This document shows, one piece after another, positions 1 to 9,368 of a DNA stretch of 64,000 nt. Source of the stretch: Candidatus Poribacteria bacterium (GTDB lineage Bacteria; Poribacteria; WGA-4E; PCPOR2b); the NCBI GenBank assembly GCA_965198175.1, contig OZ240245.1, positions 864,001 through 928,000 of the forward strand, read 5' to 3'. Positions within the stretch are counted from its first letter, which is position 1; every line of letters starts with the position of its first letter. Below the pieces are notes generated by a model. That model was given only the letters and a program-made list of their open reading frames with translations. It searched no databases and had not been told where the DNA came from. Made by a program: the position numbers and the translations under genes.

Positions 1-705
1 GGTTTTGAAGTATTCCCGAATCACAATGTAAGATTCGTGCATCTCGTGCATTAACGCGTCGAGATCTTCAATTTCATCAGCTTCATCCCCATCGTCGTGA
101 CTATGTTCGTGGGGATGCCCATCCATATCCGATTTTGGCTCTTCCTTCTTTTTGAAAAAGAGCGCGTAGCTCATCGCCAAGGTTTTTTGAGGCATCATCG
201 CAGCGGCTTGAGAAGCTTTCTCCTCCCCTTCGACTGGTTTAATGTCCTCGCCGACCTTAAATTTGTCGTTGATACCCTTGCCGATGAATTGCGAAAGGAA
301 CTCTTTCGCAGCGATTTTGGAAGTTTCTTTGTGCTTGTAAACTTCGACCTTAACCACCTTTCCGCTCATGTTTAGTCCAACCCCGCCGCTCATAATTCCG
401 TGCGGTCCTTGGACCTTGACGAATCGGATTAACCCCATCGGCTTCTTTTTGTCGTTGAACGCGATGTAAAAGATTGGGTTGCGGTCTTCGTCGAGTAACT
501 TCACGCCAATCTTTTTTTCGATGGCGGCGGCTTTATCTGCGGACAATGTCACCTTCTTCTCCTCAAATCTCTCCGCCTTCTGAAACATGGAAGCCAATCT
601 CTTATTGGATAAAGCCTCCTCATCTGCCCACGTGATGTTCATGTTGACGAATGGAAACACCCCCCACAGGGCGATGAGGCAAATTACCACGTCCCTTGAT
701 TTCAT
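1..705 (-). CDS. Secreted FMN-binding-domain-like protein with His/acidic linker, partial (runs off left end)
   Basis: Read manually (not in ORF track): ATG at 705, open to base 1. MKSRDVVICLIALWGVFPFVNMNITWA signal, ...VKVQGPHGIMSGGVGLNMSGKVVKVEVY...EFLSQFIGK... resembles FMN_bind; then GHPHEHSHDDGDE and a helical domain. Confidence 0.6.
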   Translation of the reverse strand, partial: MKSRDVVICLIALWGVFPFVNMNITWADEEALSNKRLASMFQKAERFEEKKVTLSADKAAAIEKKIGVKLLDEDRNPIFYIAFNDKKKPMGLIRFVKVQGPHGIMSGGVGLNMSGKVVKVEVYKHKETSKIAAKEFLSQFIGKGINDKFKVGEDIKPVEGEEKASQAAAMMPQKTLAMSYALFFKKKEEPKSDMDGHPHEHSHDDGDEADEIEDLDALMHEMHESYIVIREYFKT

Positions 706-809
706 CTTCTCCCCCTCTAAATCGTTGAAAGTTTAAGTCTGCGACACTGCTTCAGATATTGTAACAATATCTCCCTTGATTTCTCAACCCCAATCCTATG
801 TGTCGAATC

Positions 810-894
810 AATAAACGGAGCGATGCGGTATGTTCTTCGGACAGTGGTGAAGTCCTCCGTATCTTCCCTCAAGAAGGCAGACTTCCCCACGCCT
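810..894 (-). repeat. Structured dispersed repeat, copy 1 (copy 2 at about 15069-15163)
   Basis: aataaacggag..gatgc...ggacagtgg.gaag...ctccgtat...ctcaag.agg..gacttccccacgc present in both places. Confidence 0.7.
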
Positions 895-1077
895 TATATT
901 TACGCAATTTTCAGAATAGGGCTTGACTTTCGAAAGCCGCAGATTACAAAGGTTCTCCCCCTTAGCAAGAGGGGAGTGCATCCCAAACCAGGCAAGGGGA
1001 GTCATGCTTTACTTGGCGCCTCAGTTCATCTTGAGTCTTTTAAGCTAAAAACCGATAATTTCGTTATTGTTTTGCCT

Positions 1078-1695
1078 TCACTTCACCCCAGCTAACGATA
1101 CGCTTACCGACGGGCGACACAGAGAGCGCAAAGGCGGGGTCAAACCAAGATGCTCTACGAAAACCGTCTCCCGCTCGGAATAAAACACAATTTTCTCACC
1201 GTCAGGCGACCACGCCGGATAGCGGTCATGCGCTAGATGCTTTGTCAGGCGGCGTCGATTTGTCCCATCAGCGTTCATGACATAAATGTCGGCTTTTCCG
1301 TTCTTTCTTGAAGATTCAAAGACCATCTTCTTCCCATCAGGAGACCACTCAGCAGGAGGATTGTTTTGACCTACGGGTGTCAGGTAGCGTTGATTTTTCC
1401 CATCGGCGTCCATCACGTAGAGTCCACTGCCCTCTGGTCGAGAAGAATAAAAAGCGATTCGCCGCCCGTCGGGCGACCATGCTGGCGCGTAGCCACCACC
1501 AGGATGATTGGTTAGATTGCGCTGATTTTTCCCATCGGCGTGCATCACGTAGATTTCGTCGTTGCCACCCCTAAACGAGGTGAAGGCAATTTTAGGCGTT
1601 CTGGGCGCCTGACCCCACCCATCGGCGGATAATATGGCACTGCCAAAAAAGACTGAGAAAATAATAACGATGGTAGACCAACGCACTCGATTCAT
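1078..1695 (-). CDS. TolB-like PD40 repeat protein, probably 3'-truncated
   Basis: Signal peptide, repeats EIYVMxADGKNQRNLT..PAWSPDGxxIAF; the repeat breaks off after FYSERE into unrelated sequence. Confidence 0.75.
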   Translation of the reverse strand: MNRVRWSTIVIIFSVFFGSAILSADGWGQAPRTPKIAFTSFRGGNDEIYVMHADGKNQRNLTNHPGGGYAPAWSPDGRRIAFYSSRPEGSGLYVMDADGKNQRYLTPVGQNNPPAEWSPDGKKMVFESSRKNGKADIYVMNADGTNRRRLTKHLAHDRYPAWSPDGEKIVFYSERETVFVEHLGLTPPLRSLCRPSVSVSLAGVK

Positions 1696-1910
1696 CCCTC
1701 CGTTCTGTCGGCAAACCGAGCTATTGTTGCGCCCGTGTTTGGATCGGCGAACTCAAGGCGATTAGAGAGGACGCGCAAAATCCTGCCATCTGGCAAGAAG
1801 GTAATTTCCCTAAGTTCACCTTTTCCCAACGAGCCGATGGGCTGGATGTCGGCAAAAACGACTGAAGTTATCGTCAGGCAGAAAATTATTGTGAATACTG
1901 TCTTCAACAT
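1692..1910 (-). pseudogene. N-terminal remnant of a secreted WD40 protein
   Basis: Signal peptide plus LGKGELREITFLPDGR, homologous to LGKGRINEVQYSPDGT of neighbouring WD40 genes; ends after 72 aa. Confidence 0.55.
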
Positions 1911-1972
1911 GGGTTGTGAACCGTGATACTCAAAACATAATTCGCACAATAGTTGGTGAATGCGTCAATCTC

Positions 1973-4171
1973 CTATTTGACAATCACCATCCGCCGAAAC
2001 GCTGTATAATCGTCCGCACGGAGTTGATAGTAATAGGTACCGCTTGTGACGAGTTCTCCGTTTTGGTTACGACCGTCCCAATACGCTGCTTTTGCTTTAT
2101 CTCGGTAGACGCCCGACTTTTGACGTCCAATGTCAAGTGTGCGGACGATATGACCGCGCTGGTCATAAATACTCAAGCTCACGTGTGCATCGTCTGCTAA
2201 CTGATACGGTATCCAAGTTTCGGGGTTGAACGGATTCGGATAATTCTGCAGCAATGCCGTCCGTTTGATTTGTCCTAGGGTCGTAGTGTGTCTTCCCAAC
2301 GGTTCCACCCCAACCCCAACGCCGCTTGAAGAGTCAAGTTCCCACAGCAACACGGTGCCGTTCCGACTCCCACTAGCGATTGTGCGTCCATCGGGACTGA
2401 ACGCAACGCTTTCGACCCCAAACGTATGCCCGGTGAGCGTTCGCAGGTGTTCTCCTGTATCGGCGTCCCACAGAATGATGGTATCCTCGCTCCAACCCCC
2501 ACTTGCGATTGTGCGTCCATTGGGACTGAACGCTACGGTTTTGACCCCAAACCTATGCCCTGTGAGCGTTCGCAGATGTTTACCTGTATCGGCGTCCCAC
2601 AGGCGGATGGTACCGTCCCAACTCCCGCTAACGATAGTATTTCCATCAGGACTGAACGCCACGCTTTCGACTGGAGCTGTATGCCCGTTGAGTGTCCGGC
2701 GGTGTTTTCCTGTATCAGCGTTCCACAGTCGGATGGTATTGTCCTCGCTTCCACTAGCGATGGTGTGACCATCGGGACTGAACGCGACGCTTAGGACGAT
2801 CCATGTATGCCCCTTGAGCGTTTGCTGGTGTTCTCCGGTATCAACGTTCCACAGACGGATATCTTCCCAATTCCCGCTAGCGATGGTGTTTCCATCGGGA
2901 CTAAACGCAACGCTGGATACCCGACCTGTGAGTGTTTTCTGGTGTTTTCCGGTATCAGCGTCCCACAGCCGGATGGTACGGTCCCAACTCCCACTTGCAA
3001 TGGTACGTCCATCGGGACTGAAGGCAACGCTAGAGACCCAACCCGTATGTCCAGTTAGCGTTCGCAGGAGTTTTCCTGTATCGGCGTCCCACAGATGAAT
3101 GGTATCGTCCCGACTCCCACTGGCGATGGTGCCGTCATTGGGACTGAACACCACACTATCGACCCAACTCGCATGCCCGATGAGCGTTTGCCGGCGATTT
3201 CCAGTATCGGCGTCCCACAATCGGACGGAATCCCCGCTCCCACTAGCGATTGTACGTCCATCGGGACTGAAGGCAACGCTAGAGACCCCAAACGTAAACG
3301 TATGTCCGGTGTGCAGGGTTTGCAGGAGTTTTGCCGTACCGGCATCCCACAGACGGATCCAACGCCCAGCACTAGCAATGGTGTGTCCATCAGGACTGAA
3401 GGCGACGCTTTTGACCCAACCCGTTCTAGCGAGCGTTCGCACGTGTTTACCCGTTTCGGCGTTCCATAGACGGATAGTATTGTCCCAACTTCCGCTAGCC
3501 ATGGTATACCCATCAGAGCTGAAGGCAACGCTATTGACCGGCCCCGCGTGCCCCTTGAGAGTATGCAAGAGTTTTCCTGTATGGGCGTCCCACAGCCGGA
3601 TTGGATAATCCCGACTCCCACTAGCGATGGTACGTCCATCAGGGCTGAAGGCAACGCTCGTGACCCAACTCGCATGCCCTTCGAGTGTCTGCAGGTGTTT
3701 TCCCGTATCTGCGGCCCACAGTCGGATGGTAGCATCCTCGCTCCCACTAGCGATAGTGTCGCCATCAGGGCTGAAGGCAACGCTCAAAACCTCAGACGTG
3801 TGCCCCTTGAGTGTTCGCAAGAGATTCCCTGTGTCGACATCCCACAGACAGATGGAACGATCCCCACTCCCGCTTGCGATGGTGTGTCCATCAGGACTGA
3901 ACGCAACGCTCAAGACCGCACCCATATGCCCGGTAAGCAGGGCAACCTCTTGATGGGTTGCCGTATCGTAGAGCCAAATACCGATACTACTTGCAACTAC
4001 AAGTCGAGTGCCGTCGGGCGAATACTGTACTTCATTTATCCTACCCTTACCGAGCCGCGCTTTAGCGCCATCGGGCAGCCCCCATTGCGGAGAATCTTGG
4101 GCGAAGCTGTGCGGTAAACATAGAGCGGAAACGAATAATAGGCTAAACTTGAGAAACATCGCTTTCTTCAT
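1973..4171 (-). CDS. Secreted WD40-repeat protein (14 blades) with C-terminal FlgD-Ig/T9SS type A-like domain
   Basis: GHxxxVxSVAFSPDGxTIASGSxDxTIRLWD repeats; tail LLQNYPNPFNPETWIPY...RRMVIVK; GGAGG RBS before ATG 4171. Confidence 0.92.
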   Translation of the reverse strand: MKKAMFLKFSLLFVSALCLPHSFAQDSPQWGLPDGAKARLGKGRINEVQYSPDGTRLVVASSIGIWLYDTATHQEVALLTGHMGAVLSVAFSPDGHTIASGSGDRSICLWDVDTGNLLRTLKGHTSEVLSVAFSPDGDTIASGSEDATIRLWAADTGKHLQTLEGHASWVTSVAFSPDGRTIASGSRDYPIRLWDAHTGKLLHTLKGHAGPVNSVAFSSDGYTMASGSWDNTIRLWNAETGKHVRTLARTGWVKSVAFSPDGHTIASAGRWIRLWDAGTAKLLQTLHTGHTFTFGVSSVAFSPDGRTIASGSGDSVRLWDADTGNRRQTLIGHASWVDSVVFSPNDGTIASGSRDDTIHLWDADTGKLLRTLTGHTGWVSSVAFSPDGRTIASGSWDRTIRLWDADTGKHQKTLTGRVSSVAFSPDGNTIASGNWEDIRLWNVDTGEHQQTLKGHTWIVLSVAFSPDGHTIASGSEDNTIRLWNADTGKHRRTLNGHTAPVESVAFSPDGNTIVSGSWDGTIRLWDADTGKHLRTLTGHRFGVKTVAFSPNGRTIASGGWSEDTIILWDADTGEHLRTLTGHTFGVESVAFSPDGRTIASGSRNGTVLLWELDSSSGVGVGVEPLGRHTTTLGQIKRTALLQNYPNPFNPETWIPYQLADDAHVSLSIYDQRGHIVRTLDIGRQKSGVYRDKAKAAYWDGRNQNGELVTSGTYYYQLRADDYTAFRRMVIVK

Positions 4172-4452
4172 GACATGCCTCCGTGGCAAACAGTCTTTTA
4201 CCATTTCAGAAATTGGGAAGCCGACGATACACGGTTCTTGATTTATCATTCACTTCACGAACAAACACGTTGTGATGTTGGCAAACAACCATAAAACTAT
4301 CGCAGTCGCTATTCGCGCCTCTGTTCGCTCACCCACGCCGCTCAACCCAACCTATGTGCTGGTACGCTCAGTCGCATCTAATCATCTCACTCGCAGTAAC
4401 TTCTGAATCCAGTTTTTAGAAAAACTCGGTTTCTCACCCCAATTGCGTAGTG

Positions 4453-6687
4453 CTACTTGACAATCACCATCCGCCGTAACGCGGTGTATTCACCCGCTCG
4501 AAGTTGATAGAAATAGGTTCCGCTTGTAACGGGTTCTCCGTTTTGGTTAAGACCGTCCCAATACGCTGCTTTTGCTTTATCTCGGTAGACGCCCGACTTT
4601 TGACGTCCAATGTCGAGGGGGCGGACGACATGACCGCGCTGGTCATAAATGGTCAAGGTCACGAGGACATCATTTGCCAACTGGTATGGTATCCATGTTT
4701 CGGGGTTGAACGGATTCGGGTAATTTTGCAGCAAAGCCGTCCGTTTGATGTTTCCCAGCGTCGTTAGATGATTTTCCAATGGTTCCACCCCGACCCCAAC
4801 GTCGGTTGAAGTGGTAAGTTCCCACAGCAACACGGTGCCGTCCCGACTTCCATCCCCATTCCAACCACCACCGCTAGCGAGTGTGTTGCCGTCAGGACTG
4901 AACGCAACACTAAAGACCCAATCATGTACCCCATCCGTATGTCCGGTAAGCGTTTGCAAGTGTTCTCCTGAATCGGTATCCCACAGACGGATGGATCCCT
5001 CCGTAGTACCGCTTGCGAGTGTACGTCCATCGGGGCTAAACGCTACGCTTTCGACCGGAAGTGTATGCCCTGTTAGTGTTCGTCTGTGATTTCCCGTATC
5101 TGCCTCCCACAGACGGATGGTATCGTCCCCGCTTCCACTGGCGAGTGTGTACCCGTCGGGACTGAAAGCGACGCAAAAAACCCAACGCGTGTGTCCGGAG
5201 AGCGTACGGCGCAGTCTACCGGTAACTGCATTCCACAGACGAATGGTGCCGTCCCCGCTTCCACTAGCGAGTGAGTTTCCATCGGGACTAAACGCGACGC
5301 TATAAACCCAATCTGTATGCCCGATGAGTGTTTGCAGGTGTTCTCCCGTATTGGCGTCCCACAGACGGATGGTATCGTCCCCACTCCCACTTGCGAGTGT
5401 GCGTCCATCGGGACTGAACGCGACGCTATTGACCGTGCTCGTATGTCCCGTAAGCGTGTGCCGGTGATTTCCGGTATCTGTATTCCAGAGGCGAATGGTA
5501 TTGTCCCAACTCCCGCTAGCAAGTGAGTTTCCATCGGGACTGAACGCGACGCTATAAACCCAATCCGTATGTCCGGTGAGCGTACGCTGGTAATTTCCTG
5601 TATCAGCGTTCCAGAGGCGGATGGAATTGTCCCCGCTCCCACTAGCGAGAATGTTTCCACCGGGTCTGAATGCGACGCTGTTGACTGAACCCGGCCTAGT
5701 GAGGGTACGCAGGTGTTTTCCTGTATCAGCGTTCCAGAGGCGGATGGAATTGTCCCCACTCCCACTAGCGAGAATGTTTCCGTCGGGACTAAATGCCACG
5801 CTTCTGACCTCATTCGCATCCCCGTTGAGGGTACGCAGGTGTTTTCCTGTATCAGCGTTCCAGAGACGGATGGTACCGTCCCCACTCCCGCTAGCGAGTG
5901 TGTTTTCATCGGGACTAAATGCCACGCTATGGACCCTAGACACATGCCCGGTGAGAATACGCCGGTGATTTCCGGTATCGACGTCCCACAAACGGATAAT
6001 GGCCCTACCCCCACTAGCGAGTATGTTTCCATCGGGACTGAACGCGACGCTTTCGACCCCAGATTTATTCTGGGTAATCGTTCGCAGGTGTTTTCCTGTA
6101 TCAGCGTTCCAGAGACGGATGGTACCGTCCCCACTCCCGCTAGCGAGTGTGTTTCCGTCGGGGCTGAACGCAACGCTATTGACCGAACCCGTATGCCCGT
6201 CGAGCGTAAGCAGATGCTTTCCAGTGTAGGCATCCCACAGATGGATGTTTTCGTCTTCACCCCCACTTGTGAGTGTTTTTCCATCGGGACTGAATGCAAC
6301 GCTATTGACCGTACCTGTATGCCCGTTGAGCGTACGCAGGTGTTTACCGATACCGGTGTCCCACAATCGGATAGTGTCCCCACCTGCACTAGCGAGTGTG
6401 TTTCCGTCGGGACTGAATGCAACGCTATTGACCGTACCCGTATGCCCCGTAAGCAGCGAGACCTCTTGATGGGTTGCCGTATCGTAGAGCCAAATACCGA
6501 TGCTGCTGCCGACAGCAAGTCGGGTGCCGTCAGGTGAAAATTGTAAATCACTTAACATACCTTTACCAATCCGCACTTTAGCACCTTCCGGTAGACTCCA
6601 TTTCGGAGATTCCTGTGCGAAACTATTCGGTAAAAATAGAGCAGAAACGAACAATAAGCTAAGCTTGAGAATTACCGCCATCTTCAT
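4453..6687 (-). CDS. Secreted WD40-repeat protein (14 blades) with FlgD-Ig/T9SS-A-like domain
   Basis: Same architecture, 744 aa. Confidence 0.92.
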   Translation of the reverse strand: MKMAVILKLSLLFVSALFLPNSFAQESPKWSLPEGAKVRIGKGMLSDLQFSPDGTRLAVGSSIGIWLYDTATHQEVSLLTGHTGTVNSVAFSPDGNTLASAGGDTIRLWDTGIGKHLRTLNGHTGTVNSVAFSPDGKTLTSGGEDENIHLWDAYTGKHLLTLDGHTGSVNSVAFSPDGNTLASGSGDGTIRLWNADTGKHLRTITQNKSGVESVAFSPDGNILASGGRAIIRLWDVDTGNHRRILTGHVSRVHSVAFSPDENTLASGSGDGTIRLWNADTGKHLRTLNGDANEVRSVAFSPDGNILASGSGDNSIRLWNADTGKHLRTLTRPGSVNSVAFRPGGNILASGSGDNSIRLWNADTGNYQRTLTGHTDWVYSVAFSPDGNSLASGSWDNTIRLWNTDTGNHRHTLTGHTSTVNSVAFSPDGRTLASGSGDDTIRLWDANTGEHLQTLIGHTDWVYSVAFSPDGNSLASGSGDGTIRLWNAVTGRLRRTLSGHTRWVFCVAFSPDGYTLASGSGDDTIRLWEADTGNHRRTLTGHTLPVESVAFSPDGRTLASGTTEGSIRLWDTDSGEHLQTLTGHTDGVHDWVFSVAFSPDGNTLASGGGWNGDGSRDGTVLLWELTTSTDVGVGVEPLENHLTTLGNIKRTALLQNYPNPFNPETWIPYQLANDVLVTLTIYDQRGHVVRPLDIGRQKSGVYRDKAKAAYWDGLNQNGEPVTSGTYFYQLRAGEYTALRRMVIVK

Positions 6688-6792
6688 TGCAATAGCCCTC
6701 CTTGTTTGAGTGTCGCATCTAGTCGTCTCGCCCGGTTTAGTTTCAGAATCCAGTTTTTTAAAAAATTCGGTTTTCGCTCCAACTGTGTGTCG

Positions 6793-9021
6793 CTACTTGA
6801 CAATCACCATCCGCCGTAGCGCGGTGTAATCACCCGCACGGAGTTGATAGTAATAGGTGCCGCTTGTGACAAGTTCTCCGTTTTGGTTACGACCGTCCCA
6901 ATACGCGGCTTTTGCTTTATCTCGGTAGACTCCCGATATCTGACGTCCAATGTCGAGGGGGCGGACGATATGGCCGCTCTGGTCATAAATGGTCAAGGTC
7001 ACGAGTGCATCGTTTGCCAACTGATACGGTATCCAGGTTTCGGGGTTGAACGGATTAGGATAATTTTGCAGCAACGCTGTTCGTTTGATGTTTCCGAGGG
7101 TCGTGGTGCGCCTTTCCAACGGTTTCACCCCAACCCCAACTCCGGTTGAAGTGGTAAGTTCCCACAGCAATACGGTGCCGTCCCAACTCCCACTTGCGAT
7201 AGTGCGTCCATCGGGATTGAACGCAACGCTCTGGACCCCCTTCGTATGCCCGGTGAGCGTGCGCAGGTGTTCTCCTGTATCGGCGTCCCAGAGACGGATG
7301 GTATCGTCCCAACTCCCCCCACTTGCGATAGTGCGTCCATCGGGACTGAACGCAACGCTCGAAACCCAATCCGTGTGCCCGGTGAGCGTTCGCCGGTGTA
7401 TTCCCGTATCGGCGTCCCAGAGACGGATGGTACCGCCCCAACTCCCCCCACTTGCGAGTGTGCGTCCATCGGGACTGAACGCAACGCTCGTGACCCAATC
7501 CGTATGCCCGGTGAGCGTTCGCAGCTGTTTTCCGGTATCGGCGTCCCAGAGACGGATGGTATTGTCCAATCTCGCACCACTTGCGAGTGTGCGTCCATCG
7601 GGGCTGAACGCAACGCTGTAGACTCCAGACGTATGCCCGTTGAGCGTTCGCCGGTGTTTTCCCGTATCGGCGTCCCATAGACGGATGGTACCGCCCCAAC
7701 TCCCCCCACTTGCGAGTGTGCGTCCATCGGGACTGAACGCAACGCTCGTGACCCAATCCGTATGCCCGGTGAGCGTTCGCAGCTGTTTTCCGGTATCGGC
7801 GTCCCAGAGACGGATGGTATTGTCCAATCTCGCACCACTTGCGAGTGTGCGTCCATCGGGGCTGAACGCAACGCTGTAGACTCCAGACGTATGCCCGTTG
7901 AGCGTTCGCCGGTGTTTTCCCGTATAGGCGTCCCAGAGACGGATGGTATTGTCCCAACTCCCCCCACTTGCGAGTGTGCGTCCATCGGGACTGAACGCAA
8001 CGCTATAGACTCCAGACGCATGCCCGTTGAGCGTTCGCAGGTGTTCTCCCGTGTAGGCGTCCCACAATTGGATACTGTCCCCACCCCCACTTGCGAGTGT
8101 GTCGCCATCGGGACTGAACGCAACGCTATAGACTCCATACGTATGCCCGTTGAGCGTTCGCCGGTGTATTCCCGTATCGGTGTCCCACAGACGGATGGTA
8201 CGGTCCCCACTCCCACTGGCAAGCGTGCGTCCATCGGGACTGAATGCCACGGTATCGACCGAACCCCTATGCCCGGTGACTGTTCGCCGGTGTATTCCCG
8301 TATCTACGTCCCACAGACGGATGGTAGCGTCCCCACTCCCACTTGCGATGGTGTGTCCATCGGGACTGAACGCCACGCTCCAGACCGATTTCGTATGCCC
8401 GGTGAGCGTTTGCAGGTGACTTCCCGTATCGGCGTTCCACAGGCGGATGGTACCGTCCTCACTCCCAGTAGCGATGGTATGTCCATGGGGACTGAACGCC
8501 ACGCTATTGACCGTACCCGTATGCCCGGTGAGCGTTTGCAGGTGTTGTCCCGTATTAGCGTCCCACAGTCGGATGGTAGCATCCTCACTCCCACTTGCGA
8601 TGGTGTGTCCATCGGGACTGAAGGCAACGCTATTGAGCGGCCCCGCATGCCCCTTGAGAGTTTGCAGGTGTTTGCCCGTATCGGCGTCCCACAAACGGAC
8701 GGTACGGTCCTGACTCCCACTTGCAATGGTGTCTCCATCAGGACTGAACGCAACGCTCAAGACCAGACCCGTATCCCCGGTGAGCAGGGCGACCTCTTGA
8801 TGGGTCGCGGTATCGTAAAGCCAAATGCCAATACTACTAGCGACCGCAAGTCGGGTGCCGTCGGGCGAATACTGTATTTCACTTATCCTACCTTTACCGA
8901 GGCGCGCTTTGGCGCCTTCGGGTAGACTCCATTGCGGAGAATCTTGTGCGAAGGCGTTCGGTAAAAACACGAGCGTTGCAAAAGTGAGTAGTGTGAGTGT
9001 TAAACACAATGTCGTTTTCAT
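6793..9021 (-). CDS. Secreted WD40-repeat protein (14 blades) with FlgD-Ig/T9SS-A-like domain
   Basis: Same architecture; contains an exact internal two-blade duplication. Confidence 0.92.
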   Translation of the reverse strand: MKTTLCLTLTLLTFATLVFLPNAFAQDSPQWSLPEGAKARLGKGRISEIQYSPDGTRLAVASSIGIWLYDTATHQEVALLTGDTGLVLSVAFSPDGDTIASGSQDRTVRLWDADTGKHLQTLKGHAGPLNSVAFSPDGHTIASGSEDATIRLWDANTGQHLQTLTGHTGTVNSVAFSPHGHTIATGSEDGTIRLWNADTGSHLQTLTGHTKSVWSVAFSPDGHTIASGSGDATIRLWDVDTGIHRRTVTGHRGSVDTVAFSPDGRTLASGSGDRTIRLWDTDTGIHRRTLNGHTYGVYSVAFSPDGDTLASGGGDSIQLWDAYTGEHLRTLNGHASGVYSVAFSPDGRTLASGGSWDNTIRLWDAYTGKHRRTLNGHTSGVYSVAFSPDGRTLASGARLDNTIRLWDADTGKQLRTLTGHTDWVTSVAFSPDGRTLASGGSWGGTIRLWDADTGKHRRTLNGHTSGVYSVAFSPDGRTLASGARLDNTIRLWDADTGKQLRTLTGHTDWVTSVAFSPDGRTLASGGSWGGTIRLWDADTGIHRRTLTGHTDWVSSVAFSPDGRTIASGGSWDDTIRLWDADTGEHLRTLTGHTKGVQSVAFNPDGRTIASGSWDGTVLLWELTTSTGVGVGVKPLERRTTTLGNIKRTALLQNYPNPFNPETWIPYQLANDALVTLTIYDQSGHIVRPLDIGRQISGVYRDKAKAAYWDGRNQNGELVTSGTYYYQLRAGDYTALRRMVIVK
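7421..7925. repeat. Exact tandem duplication, 258-bp period (7421-7667 = 7679-7925)
   Basis: Direct base-by-base comparison; encodes two WD40 blades. Confidence 0.85.
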
Positions 9022-9137
9022 CAATTGGTCCTCCTTTGCCAGCGGGTAGCTTATCCATCTTTACGTGATTACCCTCTTGCAAGGAAATCTAGGTGGCGAA
9101 ACTAAATCAGGTTCTTCGAGATGTTCACTTTAGCGGG

Positions 9138-9153
9138 GCAAATTATGTGCCAA
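9138..9153 (-). promoter_or_regulatory. Sigma-54 -24/-12 promoter
   Basis: TTGGCACATAATTTGC on minus strand (TGGCAC-N5-TTGC), about 120 bp upstream of WD40 gene. Confidence 0.8.
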
Positions 9154-9243
9154 CAGATAATCCACTTCAATTTTGGCACCGGTAAGCCTGTTGTATTGAG
9201 GCGTACGGATAGTTTGAGATTTTTCATTGAGAGAGTCGGTCCT

Positions 9244-9259
9244 TGCACCAAACGGTGCA
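9244..9259. promoter_or_regulatory. Palindromic enhancer-like site (NtrC-family UAS-like)
   Basis: TGCACCAAACGGTGCA about 90 bp upstream of the sigma-54 site; conserved in second copy. Confidence 0.65.
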
Positions 9260-9368
9260 GTTTGAACCAACCCTTGCCCTGTTTCGTGCATCTGCCGATA
9301 TATCGGGTTTATTGAGACAATCAGCCTCTTGGTTCAGCCAATTATCTGCATGAGATTTTGCGGAGCGT

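Noticed and set aside
97..375. Plus-strand 92-aa ORF
   Set aside because: Antisense to the longer minus-strand ORF 705 to <1
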